Positions 39,300 through 53,663 are shown, numbered from the stretch's first letter. The stretch: DNA of 64,000 nucleotides from Octopus vulgaris (GCA_951406725.2 OX597835.1:47554001-47618000), one strand, 5' to 3'. Notes: generated by a model from the letters alone, not told the origin. Numbers and translations: made by a program.

Positions 39300-40635
39300 T
39301 TCATTTAAATTCTTCTTCTTCTGAAGACTGAGCTGGTTTCTAACAAAGAATCCAAACTCCATCTTTTGAACGTAGATAGCAAAACAATGTTTCATTCTGA
39401 ACTTAAGAAAAGTCTTGTATTTCCTTGTGATTCCATTCACAAATTGTGTGTGCAACGTACGAGTTTCTTGTTCGATTTTTCCCCCTTGAAAACCCCATCC
39501 TTTTCAGGTTATCATCATATATAATCTGTATATAGAAACTGGTCGTTTCGAACCAGTTGTCCGTAGTTATCCTCTTTCTCCTTGATTTCCGAAGAGATAT
39601 TCGCATCAACAGGACAGCTGGCTTCTTTAACGGTACATACCTTTTCTCGTCTGTCATAGACGACGATATCCGGTCACGTGATGTTTGAAGTTTGGATTGC
39701 AATGTTCCACTAATATTCCTTGTGTTGATATTTATGTTTGTCATTATTCAGTTTTATTTGACCATTTCTTGCCAATAGGGAAAGAGCCGGTTTCTAATCT
39801 AGATCCAAGACACCTTTATTGGAATTTCAACATCAGCAAGGTATCTTTGATATCTCTATTTTTTTTGTATACGTTCAGTATTTAGAGTCAGCGCACGTGC
39901 AGTTTAGTATGCTTTATTGTATGCATGTATTCTCATGCATATAATTACATGTCTAGACAAGCGCATATATACTTAAATGATTAACTCGTCGAAAGTTTTA
40001 CAGTTTCAGTGATGGCTTGAATCTGTAATCTTCGAACCAGCTTTCTCTTTTCTGGGTTTAGAAGCCCAGTTTCTCAAGATTAGTGCTTAGACAGTGTGTT
40101 ACACATCCCAGTGCCCCTAATAATTACAGCTATAAACCTGAACTTGTAATCTGGATAGAACAAAAGTAGATTTCTCAATTATTCAGCGTAGGTATTTTCT
40201 TTTTCGCTAATCTTTATGTTAACATCCGCTGGGCAACTGAATTCCACAACTGTATACATATTCTCTTCTGATGTATGCATGTAGTATGCCATTAATCAGT
40301 TTTATTTCAAGATTTCTTGCCAATAGAGAAAGAGCTGGTTTCTAACGGAGGTCCAAAGGCCTTTCATTGGAATTTCCACATCAGCAACATGAATGAATGC
40401 ATGTATACGTGCAAATTTGTATTTTGTTTTATGTATCTTCTCATGCATATAGTTGCATATCTAGACATGCTCATATGTATTTAAACGATTTCTAGAAAGT
40501 TTTACATATCTTTACAGTTCCTGTGGTGGCTTGGTTCTGTAGACTTCGAATTAGCTTTCTCCTTTCTGGTCTTGAGATGACTAATTTTTCAAGATTGCTA
40601 TTTAGGCCGTGTTTTACATATCCTATATGTATGAC
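39300..40635 (-). mobile_element. Three tandem 5'-truncated R4/Dong-clade LINE ends (RLE domain plus 3' UTR)
   Basis: PDIVVYDRREKVCTV.EASCPVDANI, VVEFSCPADVNIK, GALGCVTHCLSTNLEKLGF, RRKLIRSLQNQATTGTVKICKTF; repeated 3' UTR GAGC(C/T)GGTTTCTAA. Confidence 0.78.
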
Positions 40636-40874
40636 TGTATGTATGTATGTATGTATGTATGTATGTATGTATGTATGTATGTATGTATGTATGTATGTAT
40701 GTATGTATGTATGTATGTATGTATGTATGTATGAGCACATGTGTGTACGTATATATGCATACACACACACACACACACAAATACACACATTCATTTATTC
40801 ATTCATTCAAATATGGATAAATGCACAGACGTAAGTTATCAGATAAGTTCGTTCGTCTTCCGTTTATTTTAATC

Positions 40875-41218
40875 CCCTGGTTCTCAACCGGGGTCCATAT
40901 GAACCCTAAGCGTCCACATAAAATGTTTGGGGTCCACATAAGCAAAATAGCAAACTGGGTCCACGATAGTATATTATGGGTCCATAAGAAAAATTTGCTT
41001 CAGGAATAGCTAAATAGCAAGGAATAGCTAAATTTCTTTCTCTGATGTTTCCCATAGTTCAGCCTACACAAGGGAATGTGAGCTAAACAAAATAGGAAAT
41101 TTGAAGGAAGTATCTAGAAAACTAGTTTTTAAACATTAAATGGCGATGGGGTGGGGGTCCACTGGAATAGAATAGTAACAAAAGGGATCCCTAGATAAAA
41201 GTAGATTGAGAACCACGG
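40875..41218. mobile_element. hAT (Charlie-like) MITE
   Basis: TIRs CCCTGGTTCTCAACC / GATTGAGAACCACGG; degenerate 8-bp TSD TTTTAATC/TTCTAACC; internal GGGGTCCA repeats. Confidence 0.7.
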
Positions 41219-41334
41219 TTCTAACCCTCTCCAGTTTTATCTGAATTAACGCGAAAACTATTTTAGTTGTGTTTTATAGCGTTTTGTAGCTCTGTTCTTA
41301 TTCTGCTACTTTTGTGAATCTCTTTTGAAATTGG

Positions 41335-41707
41335 AGTAAAATTTGTTTGCCAGCATAACATGGCAGTCCTAGTTTAGGACGAATGTTGCTGTAATTTAGC
41401 CCCAGGAGACATCGTCTCCAGCTGGCTATACGACCTGATCTGTGTCCTTATATATTTCGAACGGGAATCTAGCAGCGCCACCTCTAGCCGAACAGTTATT
41501 CTGTGCTGAGGAAGGGAAATAACTCGGAAATCGTGATACACAGATATTGTTTTGAGCTGAGTTGGGGTGCTAGATTCCCTTGTTCGAAAGTACAAGGTCA
41601 CAGATCGTGTCGAATAGCCAGCTGGAGATGATGTCTCTGGAGCTAAATTACAGCAACATTCGTCCTAAACCAGAACTGCCATGTTATGTTGGCAAATAAA
41701 TTTTACT
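41335..41707. mobile_element. MITE with ~140-bp terminal inverted repeats
   Basis: AGTAAAATTTGTTTGCCAGCATAACATGGCAG...GTTTAGGACGAATGTTGCTGTAATTTAGC mirrored at the right end. Confidence 0.88.
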
Positions 41708-41775
41708 ACAAATACTGTTATTGAATATCTCTCGTCGTGAAATTTACAAATAGTAATTTTCTAATCTTTTGAGAT

Positions 41776-41978
41776 TGTTGTATAGTGAAACTGTACACCC
41801 CTCCCGGTAAAAAGTGGCAGGGGTCAGCTATTATAAATAGACCAGTAACCGGTCGTCAAGAGAGGGTCGAGAGTCGAAGAGATGAGAGTCGACAATTTTA
41901 GTCGGTGTCTTGTGGAGTTATCAACGATAGTAAAAGAGAAGTTAGTGTATTACTATTCCGGTACGAAAAGATACAACG
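41776..41978 (+). mobile_element. Possible short solo LTR
   Basis: Termini TGTTGTAT...ATACAACG, internal TATAAATAG; no clear TSD. Confidence 0.35.
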
Positions 41979-42213
41979 GTTTCCGATGACTAATAACTAT
42001 TGTGGCTACTAGCGTAAAACAACAACTACAGTACAACGGCGGTCACACATCACACCAGTGGGAGGAACCCATTTTACAATAGAAATTTTAATGAATTTTA
42101 CCTTTATTTTTTTCATACATAACGTTAGTCCTCCAAGTAGAAAAAAAAACGAATTTATCTGACAACATAATACATAAACAACCGCACATTCACGCACATA
42201 TAAATAGATAAAT

Positions 42214-42267
<54 letters not shown>

Positions 42268-42898
42268 GTAAATATATAAACACGCAATAAACGCCCGCGC
42301 CCGCACACATATTCACACGCATGCACACACATACAAACACATACACACAAACACACATCAACGCCATCGGAAACGTTTCCCAATTTAAGATGTCAGCCAT
42401 TTTTTTTCCTTTCCTTTTGTGTGTTTCTTTGGAAAGACCTGCTGTTGTAACATAAGTCTCCATCTAATTCTGAAATCATCTAGCATCTTGGAGGTTGGCA
42501 CTATGATTGAAAAATGATGTAGTAAGCATCCTATAACTCGATTAACTTGATAGACGCTACAAATTCTTTCCAACAAATACTTTTATAGTCGTCTCTCTTA
42601 CATTACTACGATATGACATTGTAAAATAATGAAATAACACAATTTTCGCTCTCTTTCTCTCTGTTTCCTTCACTCCTTATACTTTCTTTCTTTCTCTCTC
42701 TTCCCCTCTCTCTCTTTCTCCCTTGTCTCTAACGCTTCGCCTCAACCCTCTCTCGCATTATTTCTCATAGTCATTTTATTTCCACTCAAACTTTCCCGTT
42801 GTTTTTGCTTCTCTGTCGGTCACCATTGTGTTTCTCACATTCCGTCTGTCTGTCTGTCTGCCCATCTCTTTCTCTCACTTCTTTCTTTCTTTCTTTTT

Positions 42899-42958
<60 letters not shown>

Positions 42959-43250
42959 TCCTCTCTTCGTTTGCTAATTCTTTACTTTCCATTTCTTTCT
43001 TTATGCCTGTCTTTCTTACTCTCTCTCTCTCTCCCTCCCACGAGTTTCTCTCTCTCTCTCCTTTCCTAATCGGTTCTTTTTTTCTATTCATTTTCCTTTC
43101 TTTTCCTTTCACCCTCTCTTGTTGTCTTTACTCCTCTCGTTGTTTATTTCTCTCCTTGATTCGTTCCTTGTTTCTTTCTCTACCTGTCTTTATCTTAATG
43201 TATCTGAATTTCTCACACAATACCCGCTGTACCCTTTCTCATATTTTTTG

Positions 43251-43500
<250 letters not shown>

Positions 43501-43669
43501 CCTGCCAGTCTGTGTGTCAGCTCTATTAATGCATGTATACATATATGTATGTATTTGTCTGCGTATCTCAGAACCAAATGCGACAACGCAAATCGTACCC
43601 CTAAATAAAGAACTCGATACCAAGTAAGTACATATCAAAGCGAAATATATTTATTATAACCGAATAATT

Positions 43670-44228
43670 TTCTACTAAAATTTTGTGGGTAGGGGGGCAG
43701 TCAATTGCATTGGCCCCACTCCTCAACTCTACTTATTTTACCGAAAGGATGAGAGGCAAAATCGATCTAAGTGGAATTTGAACGTAGAACGTAAACACAC
43801 GAAATACCTATTTCTAAACTACCCAAAGGGGCTAAACACAGAAGGGACAAACAAGGACAGACACACGGATTAAGTCGATTATATCGACCCCAGTGCGTAA
43901 CTGGTACTTATTCAATCGACCCCGAAAGGATGAAAGGCAAAGTCGACCTTGGCGGAATTTTAACTCGGAACGTAGCGACAGACGAAATACCTATTTCTTT
44001 ACTACCCACAAGGGGCTAAACACAGGGGGAACAAACAAGGAAACAAGGACTGACAAACAGATTAAGTCGGTTACATCGGCCCCAGTGCGTAACTGGTACT
44101 TAGTTTATCGACCCGAAAAGATGAAAAGCAAAGTCGACCTCGGCAGAATTTGAACTCAGAACGTGGCGGCGGACGAAATACCGCTAAGCATTTCGCCCGG
44201 CGTGCTAACGATTCTGCCAGCTCGCAGC
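43670..44228 (-). mobile_element. Stack of three family A SINE copies
   Basis: Central domain repeated three times; tails joined at GAAATACCTATTTC. Confidence 0.88.
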
Positions 44229-44293
44229 ATTTCCTAACTGAATATAATGATTAGTGCTATAGGTTTCGACTTGCAATTGCTCATATTAGTATA

Positions 44294-44380
<87 letters not shown>

Positions 44381-44827
44381 TACACACACATATATGCTTC
44401 TACTTTTCTCAACAATCCATAGACGAAACAGCATTCATCATATAATGTTCCTCTCCATCTATAAAAAAAAAATCTCCAAATGTTCACTCTTGTAACAATA
44501 TTTTCTAGCAGTTACATAAATTAATAAGTAGTAATGTATTTTACTGTACCGAGGAGCATCACAACCTATGTTTGTGGACATTTATGAAATTTGCCCCAGC
44601 CCTTTCGCCTAAGTATGTCATATGCTCCAACACTCATCGGTGAGCTAATAACAGAGATTGTGTCGTTCCTCACTATATTTAATTATAGAACACTACATAT
44701 ATTTACATAGATTTACCACGTCAAATATTTATGACTTTGCGTTACTTTATAGATATGTATAGTATATAATAATATATTTCGCTCAGCCATTGCTTTTTAA
44801 CCATTGTGTCATCTCTTTTTCCTATTA

Positions 44828-44869
<42 letters not shown>

Positions 44870-44936
44870 ATTCATATATATATGTATATATATATATTAT
44901 ATATATCTGTATATATATATGTACACATATACATTA

Positions 44937-44967
<31 letters not shown>

Positions 44968-44986
44968 CTGTATATATATATGTATA

Positions 44987-45042
<56 letters not shown>

Positions 45043-45048
45043 AACACA

Positions 45049-45093
<45 letters not shown>

Positions 45094-45126
45094 CATATAT
45101 ATATACACATATACACAAACACATGC

Positions 45127-45163
<37 letters not shown>

Positions 45164-45452
45164 AGGCAATTACGGTGAATTGGGATATTAGTAGATTTGC
45201 TTTTTTATTCTAGAGTCAGTGATACAACATATTTGGTTTCATTATACAAATAAAACCTAAAATGAGGATCAAATATATAGTGCGTGTGTTTCATTGGCAA
45301 AAGATATGACCATCCGCAAATATAGCAATACCTGTTTCAATACACGATTCCACGTTAAGAGTCTTGCAAATTAATACGTAAACGTACACACACACATCGA
45401 AAAGATACAGCCTTGATATAACTTATATATATATATATATATATATGTATGA

Positions 45453-45658
45453 AGTTAATCGAAACATGAAAACACAAAGAGAAAACACAATAACGTGAGG
45501 ACGTGGAACAAGTATTGTGTTATTGGACGGCCAGGAAAGGAAAGAAAGTAGGAGGATATAACGTTTCGAGCGGAGCTCTTCGTCAGAAACATACGGAAAG
45601 GAAAGATCCAAGGAAGAGAAGACGGAGGAAAAAATCGCCAACGATACACGTGGTCACA
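45453..45658 (-). mobile_element. Hammerhead-carrying ~200-bp repeat (core at 45557-45590)
   Basis: Minus strand GTTTCTGACGAAGAGCTCCGCTCGAAACGTT; flanked by (TA)n. Confidence 0.8.
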
Positions 45659-45730
45659 TTTTGAATATATATATACACATATACATGTATATATTCTTTC
45701 CTTTATATATACATATATACACACACACAC

Positions 45731-45822
<92 letters not shown>

Positions 45823-46227
45823 ATATATGATACATAAAATATAATCTGAATAAACCAGAATTGACCTCTTTCCTAAAATTCGAACTAAATTTCAAAAATG
45901 TTAGTCATTAACGCTGATTCCCAAGAGAGAATTTCGGTATTCCTCATTTTGCTTGCTTATGTTTTGCGGTCAATGACATTTTTCCTTTTTATCATTTCGG
46001 TAAATAAGAAAATGATATTTCGTTTCGTCTCCTGCGAGATTCACGCTTGCTTGAACCACTATAAACAGTGGACCTCTGCTTATGTAATCCGTTTTGTCCA
46101 CCGATGAGCTTAATGGCGACGGTAACTCTATCGGTCCACGATTAAATGTCTTTTGGATGGTTTCACAGTGGAGACCTCGTTTCTGTTTAGTCCCCATATT
46201 CTAATCACTAGGATATTATCTAATTAA

Positions 46228-46756
46228 CCAACTGGCACACCTGCTGATGAAATTAACGGGCAAGTGGTTGAATACTCCACAGACACGCATTCCCTTAATG
46301 TTGTTCTCAGGGAGATTCAGCGTGACACAAAGAGGGACAAGGCTGGCCCTTTGAAATACACATACAACACATTTTCGCCAGTTGAGTGAGGTGGAGCGAC
46401 GTGACATAAAGTGTCTTGCTCAAGGACGCAATGTACCATCGGGTATCGAACTCACAACTTTGAGTACAATTTTGATCCGAATATCCGAACCATTTAGCTA
46501 CACGCCTTCATCAAGATACAATTAAACTAGAAAAATAAATCAGCTAAACAATTAGTAAATGGATCTCAGTCGGCTTCGACGATGAAGATTCAGTTGTTCC
46601 ATTAATTACGTTACCTGCTCATTGAATTACATACAAAGTGGTTGAGTATTCCGCTGTCGATTACATCAGTAACACAATCCCCAAGTAGAATTAGCATGAC
46701 ACTGTGTACGACAAGGCTGTGCCTTTGATTACAGGCACATTTTGCCTGATGAGTTA
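46228..46756 (-). mobile_element. Two family C SINE copies (46228-46510 and diverged 46568-46756)
   Basis: AAAGTGTCTTGCTCAAGGAC...ATCGAACTCAC. Confidence 0.78.
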
Positions 46757-46836
46757 CGACCCAGTTTCTGGCAGTCCAGTGTGCGTGCGTGTATGTGTGT
46801 GAGTGAATGAGTGTATATGTATGGTTGTGTTTGTGT

Positions 46837-46889
<53 letters not shown>

Positions 46890-47335
46890 CATATGTTTGT
46901 GTATGCTTCTGTCAAAGTTAGTAAAAACCTGTTGCGAAGACGACTGAAATAAGTCATCCTATTTTTGGAGGAAGAAATGACAGTTAAAACAAACGGTGAG
47001 GGCTGTTAAGTCAAGACGATGTGAAGTGGTGAACGCTGGAAAAATGAGCTTTGAGAAGAGACAGGCGAAATCATGTCTCTATTTTTCTTCCCACCTCTTC
47101 ACCATTCTCCACTCTCTCTCTCACTCTTCCTCCTTGACTCTCGTTGCTCACACGTGACCAACGGCTATCTATCTTTCTTTCTTCCACTTCCTAAAGACAA
47201 GACGTGCTTTTGCCTGTGCCTGTATATATACATATATATGTAGGTATGTACATATATGAATATATATCTATATTTATATAATATTTATATTATTATATGA
47301 TCGAACGCCACGCATCCGTTTCCAAGTAAGTTTTA

Positions 47336-47505
<170 letters not shown>

Positions 47506-47520
47506 GCTAGCTAGCTAGCT

Positions 47521-47560
<40 letters not shown>

Positions 47561-47702
47561 AAGGAAGAGGGAAATAAAACCAAAGCAGGAAGAGCTTATC
47601 AGATCATTTAAATTATGTAAATTATTTTGATTAATTTAATCATTTTAATTATTTTCATTATTATAAAGATGAATTGAAGAAAGCAAAAGTGAATAATAGT
47701 GT

Positions 47703-47794
47703 TTGTTCTACAGCTGTTCCTGGGATATTCCAGATAATGGATCAATGTGTTGATCCACATTTCCATTTACTGGGTATTTCGTCATCGGAGACAA
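47703..47794 (-). ncRNA. Decayed hammerhead ribozyme with extended stem II
   Basis: Minus strand TTGTCT-CCGATGA-[AATACCCAG..TGGATCAA/TTGATCCA..CTGGAATAT]-GGAAC-AGCTGTA-GAACAA; palindromic ACAGCTGT stem III; two core substitutions. Confidence 0.55.
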
Positions 47795-49218
47795 GATATA
47801 TATGCAGGAGATTTCTATCTAGATTCTAGATAGAAGATTTAGTGCAGAGAAAAGCATAAAGATCAAGGCGCATAGCTCAACCCGTTCCGGAGTGTATGGG
47901 GGCTTAAGCATATTTCCGTGACGGTCAACTTCCTTACGTATAATCCCATATATACACGCACACACACACACACACACATATATATTTACACACGCACACA
48001 CACACATATATATATATATATACACACATATATATATGCATACATATATACATATATATATACATATATACATTTATATATACACACACATATATATATA
48101 CGTATATATATATTATATACATATATATATACATACATATATATATAAATATATATCCACATATATAGAAACATACATATTTGTCTATGTTCTTCTACTC
48201 TTTTCAGTGTTTCAGCCTAAGGCTATGGCCATGCTGGGACACCACCCGTAAGTATGTATTATATATTTTTATCGATGGATTCGCATATGTGTGATATTTT
48301 TGTGTGAGTGAGGCTGTGTGTGTGTGCGTGTATGTGTATGTGCATATATATATGTTTGTGTGCATACGTATGTATGTATATGTATATGTTCGTTTATATA
48401 AATGTGTGTGAGTGTGTGTGCGTGTATGTGTGTGTGTGCATAAAGATAGGGGTGAAAGAAAACACAAAGGAGAGGAAAATAGACAGAGAGAAGAGAGAGA
48501 GAGAGAGAAAGAAAAAGAAAGAGAGAGAGAAAGAGAAAGAGAGAGAGAGAGCGAGTGAGAAATCCCATTTGCTTTTCTCTAACAAATAGTCACAAATATA
48601 ATTGTATTTTAGTCGTCTTCTTAACATCTGTGTTTATCATAGATGCTGTCTTCAACGAGGGTACGAAAGTTGTCCCATCTCCGAAAGGCACCAGACCCTT
48701 ATCCGGTTTCGCTGGCCCCTATTCAACAACTCTAGCCCCTAACCATTGACCATCAAGATAGTTTAATGTTTCCTCCGGCATTGACAGTTTCAATGTCTTT
48801 ATATCTTTCTAGTTTAAGAAGACGAAAAAAAAAAATCGTCTTCGGAACCAATCCAATTTCACACTTGACAGAGTTCTTCCTCTCTTGAAATAAGACTAAC
48901 AACACCAACCTAGGCGTCTACAGTCAAACACCTCCATAAATGTCACTGTACATACATACCTACATACATACATATATACATACACACATATAATTTTATA
49001 TGTATATTTATGTATTCATGCATACATACGCACACACGTCATACATACACATACAAATACAGAGAGGGAGAGAAAGAGAGAGTGACATTTATCTCGCCAC
49101 ACGCGCCTATGTATTGAATTTTTGACAAAAGTTATTGCTTAGTTCTGTCAACGGCAACAATATAAGCAACAACAATAACAACAACAACAGCAGCGACAGC
49201 AACAACAACAACAACAAT

Positions 49219-49250
<32 letters not shown>

Positions 49251-49964
49251 AATAATGATAACAACACCAACAGCAATGAAGTCTTAGTTTTGGCGTTTAT
49301 AAGTGGGAGAAAACTCTTGTTAATACTGACATTGTGTCACGAGTCAATGAGGAAGTCTCCAACTGATGCAAGAAATAACAGCCAGATAATACTCAAGCAA
49401 CAACTTACAACCATAGAAAATATAATATGTTACGAATAAGATTACGTAGCCAATGTGCATCATGTCAGCAAAAAGATTAGATGGGATGGCCACGCTTAGA
49501 ATACCATGGTACATAGTTCTATTTGATTAGGACTGACCTGGGATATAATGGCCTAACAGACGAACAGTTTTGTACACAGAAATTCAGACCCTTCCGATCC
49601 CTTGTCTCCCCACGAATCACTGTCCCTGTGGCATTCAACCCTAACCTTATTCCAGGCCTCCGTACAAACCCCTCTGCGTCGAGTCCTCCCCGTCTACAAC
49701 ATCAGCTCTTTGGAATCTCTGTGCTCATGTCTTTCCTGCGAATGTTGATCTGCTTGAGTTTAAATGGAATAATAACGGCATCAAGCTCACACGTCTCAGA
49801 GGACTTATATATTTCATGAGCACTGCCCCCTCCTTCCAGACTCAGAAAGTATAAAAAGAAAAACAATAAAAACCTAAACCACCAACATAGAAATCTCGGC
49901 CAGTCTCTCTCACATCGCCATAACCTTTTCTTTAATGAATGGTGAGATATGTTAATTTCCAATG

Positions 49965-50357
49965 TCAGCAGCAATTTCGGAGAGGAGGGTAAGTCGATTA
50001 CAATGACCCCAGTGTATATAACTGGTATTTATTTTATCGATCCTGAGAGGATGAAACGCAAGTCGGCCTCCACGGAATTTGAACTCAGAACGTAAAGACA
50101 GATGAAATGCCGCTAAGCATTTTGTCCTACGTGCTAATGAGTTTAACAATATTGTAATATTGGTTTCAAATTTTGGCACAAAGCCAGAAATTTCGAGGGA
50201 AGAGTCTAAGTTGATTCAACTGGTACTTATTTTATCGATCCTGCAAGGATGAAAGGCGAGTCAGCATCGGTGGCATTTGAACTCAGAACATAAAGACAGA
50301 TGAAATGCCGCTAAGCATTTCGCCCGGTGTGCTAACGATTCTGCCAGCTCGCCGCCT
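49965..50357 (-). mobile_element. Two family A SINE copies
   Basis: Central domain and ...GCCAGCTCGCCGCC head. Confidence 0.85.
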
Positions 50358-50943
50358 TAGATAAAAAAAACAACATTTTTAGCTACATTGGATAATGTCA
50401 TTTTACATACACTCTTCACTAGTCTATGTAATGAAAGGCTGGATTGGCACGGATGGATCGATGACAAAACGCCAGGAAATACACTACATTATGCAACACT
50501 ACTCGAAACTATGTGTAACAGAATGTGATAAACATCTTAAGCTTTTGCCTCTTCTGTGTATCACATGTTGTGCATAGGACACACATACACACACACACAC
50601 AGACATACACACACACAGATATGTATATACACGCCTACATGGTTTAACATGATACATGACAAAAAAAAAAAATAATGACGGTACACCGCCAACAAATCAA
50701 CGAACCATATACAAGAACAATATCCCCGAGTGAAGATTCAGCTAATTATGGGCGACAGGTCTTTCCCAAATAGTCTCTCTCTTCTCTTTCCTCCAATGCA
50801 GTGACTCAGTGACGGAACAGCAAGAGAACAATTAACAAATCTCTTCTATTAACAAACCAAAACGCATTTTCTTACTTTTTCTATTTTTCTTATAACTCAC
50901 CACGTGGGGCGAAATCTCTTTAACGAAGCCTATATATATATGT

Positions 50944-50998
<55 letters not shown>

Positions 50999-51626
50999 TA
51001 TATATATATATATATATATATATAAGAGAGAGAGAGAGAGAGAGAGACATACATATATAAATAATACATATATATATACTTACACATATAAATAGGTATA
51101 TATATATACATATGTATAGATAAGCATGCATACATATATAAACATACATACGTACACGTACACGTTTCAATGCTATATTTTGTGTATATACATATATATA
51201 TATATGAGCACATATTCATATATACTTGAATACAATGTGTGTGTGGTGTACGTGTGAGTGTGTATGAGTGTGTTTCTGTACAGTTAGTTTATGTAAACTA
51301 AACGCGGATTACATTCGAAAGGCGGTTTCGCTCGATGAGGTGTCTTATAATTTTCTTCTCAAATTCCTGTGACGCATTTAACATTCTTAAAATCTAGGAA
51401 AGGTTTTTGAAATATAGAAATAACATTCTTAAAACTTAAAACGAAAAAAAAACCGGATAAATTTGTTTTGAAAATTTGAAAAGCAAAATTCTTCGTATCG
51501 AAAACGAAAGTTTCTTACAATATCATTGTGGTAGATAAGGGAAGATCTGACGTCAGTCAATTTATCCCTCTCCTAGAGTTTCTGGCCTTGTGCCAAAATC
51601 TGAAACCAATATCATCATCATCATCA

Positions 51627-51673
<47 letters not shown>

Positions 51674-51694
51674 GTTATTATTATTATTATACAA

Positions 51695-51968
51695 AGCAGC
51701 GAGTTGGCAGAATCGTTAGCACACTGGGCGAAATGCTTAGCGGTATGTCTGTCCTTGTTTGTCCCCTCTGTGTTTAGCCCCTTGTGGGTAGTAAAGAAAT
51801 AGGTATTTCGTCTGCCTTTACTTTCTGAGTCCAAATTCTACTGCGGTCGACTTTGCCTTTCATCTTTTCGAGGTCGATAAATTAAGTACCAGTTACACAC
51901 GGTAGTAGAAATAATCGACTAGCCCGCTCCCCACAAATTTCAGGCTTTGCTTCTGTAGTAGAAAGGAT
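51695..51968 (+). mobile_element. Family A SINE with a SINE tail inserted in it
   Basis: Head, then tail GTTTAGCCCCTTGTGGGTAGTAAAGAAATAGG, then resumed body. Confidence 0.8.
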
Positions 51969-52345
51969 CATTATTATTATTATTACCCTTAGATATAAGA
52001 ATACGTTCAAACGAACACCCAAATCCCCACAGCTTAGTAATAATACTTGTCCAATCCCAGGCAAAATCATTATCCTCAAAATCATTATCCCTTTGTGATA
52101 ATCCATTCCAGCATCCATCGTGAATAGATGTGCAGCTTGGTTTAATTTTTTAATCCGTTTTATTTTCACAATCCTTTCGTTCCAATGCTCATACGTTGAA
52201 ATCGACGCAAGTGACCATCGACATCATCGTCAACATCTTGATCATCGCCAGCACCACCAGTACCACCACCACCACCACCACCACCACCACCACCACCACC
52301 ACCACCACCACCACCACTACCACCACCACCACCACTACTACCACC

Positions 52346-52376
<31 letters not shown>

Positions 52377-52396
52377 CCACCTTCATTATCATCATT

Positions 52397-52430
<34 letters not shown>

Positions 52431-52561
52431 ACATCCCCATCATTATCATCATTGTCGTCATCATCATCACCCTTCTCCTCCTCCTCCTCCTCCTACTCCT
52501 CCTCCTCTTCCTACTCCTCCTCCTCCTCCTCCTACTCCTCCTCCTCTTCCTACTCCTCCTC

Positions 52562-52598
<37 letters not shown>

Positions 52599-52600
<2 letters not shown>

Positions 52601-53408
52601 AGGTGCGATGTACAAACTGTCGTCTAAATTATGCAAAAATGAAAGTAACATTGACATTTCATTTTAACAGAAATATTTATCAAAATTACATGAAAATATC
52701 TAGAAATGTTAAAGAATAAATTTATTCAATAAACTCGTCCAGACGACTTTGGAATCTCCTGCAACTCTTCTCTGGATGATCTCCTTGTTTAAGTTGGTCA
52801 ACGCTACCATAATCCTTGCATCCAGTTCATCTTTGGTGTTAAAAGGAGTTTTTTTGGTCTCTCGCTCAACTTTACCCTACACACAATAACCAAAAGGGTT
52901 GCAGTCTTGGGAGTTAGGTGGCCAGATGTTAGGGGTGATGTGGTCGCAGAAATTGTCTGAAAGCCACGAATGGGTTCTCCTGCTTGTGTGGCATGGTGCA
53001 GAGTCCTGTTGCCAGACGTAGGGCCTTGCAGCAGTCACCTTCTTGATCCAGAGTAACGCTACCTCCTCTAGGCACTTGATGTAGGTTTACGTGGTGAGTC
53101 TGAGGTCGTGTGGGAAGATGAATGGAGGCATAACGTCGCCATCTCTAGCGGTCACTCCAAACACCATGATGTTGACTGGATGTTTGATTTTTATCAATCT
53201 CAGCGCGATTCTTATCACTTCCAGTGCGAATACCAAGCATGTCGTTTCCCAATTTCTGGCAGAGTGAATTGCGTCATGGTGCTGCTTTTCTCACAGATGG
53301 TGCCCAACTGATCCTACTGTACTATGTCGTTGACAAACTAAAAAACAAGCAATACGCATGCGCGAAATTGAAAATATAATATGGCGACAATTTACCCATC
53401 GTACCCTG
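52599..53408 (-). mobile_element. Tc1/mariner-superfamily (maT/DD37D-like) internally deleted transposon
   Basis: TIRs CAAGGTGCGATG..AAACTGTCG / CGACAATTTACCCATCGTACCCTG with TA TSDs; PYVWQQDSAPCHTSR and IWPPNSQDCNPFGY. Confidence 0.85.
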
Positions 53409-53449
53409 TATATATGTATATGCAGACAGTTAGACATATAGATAAATAG

Positions 53450-53518
<69 letters not shown>

Positions 53519-53555
53519 AATAAATAGATTGATAGATTGATAAATGGATAGATAG

Positions 53556-53600
<45 letters not shown>

Positions 53601-53621
53601 AATAAATAAATAAAGAGATAA

Positions 53622-53663
<42 letters not shown>

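Noticed and set aside
41975-42377. AACGGTTTCCGATG / CATCGGAAACGTT pairing
   Set aside because: Single bulged helix, with one arm overlapping the putative LTR end
44633-46108. 10-bp complement CTCATCGGTG / CACCGATGAG
   Set aside because: Isolated, neighbouring matches are not nested, chance level
49620-49650. CAACCCTAACC resembling a telomerase RNA template
   Set aside because: Short match only; no supporting pseudoknot or H/ACA structure recognised
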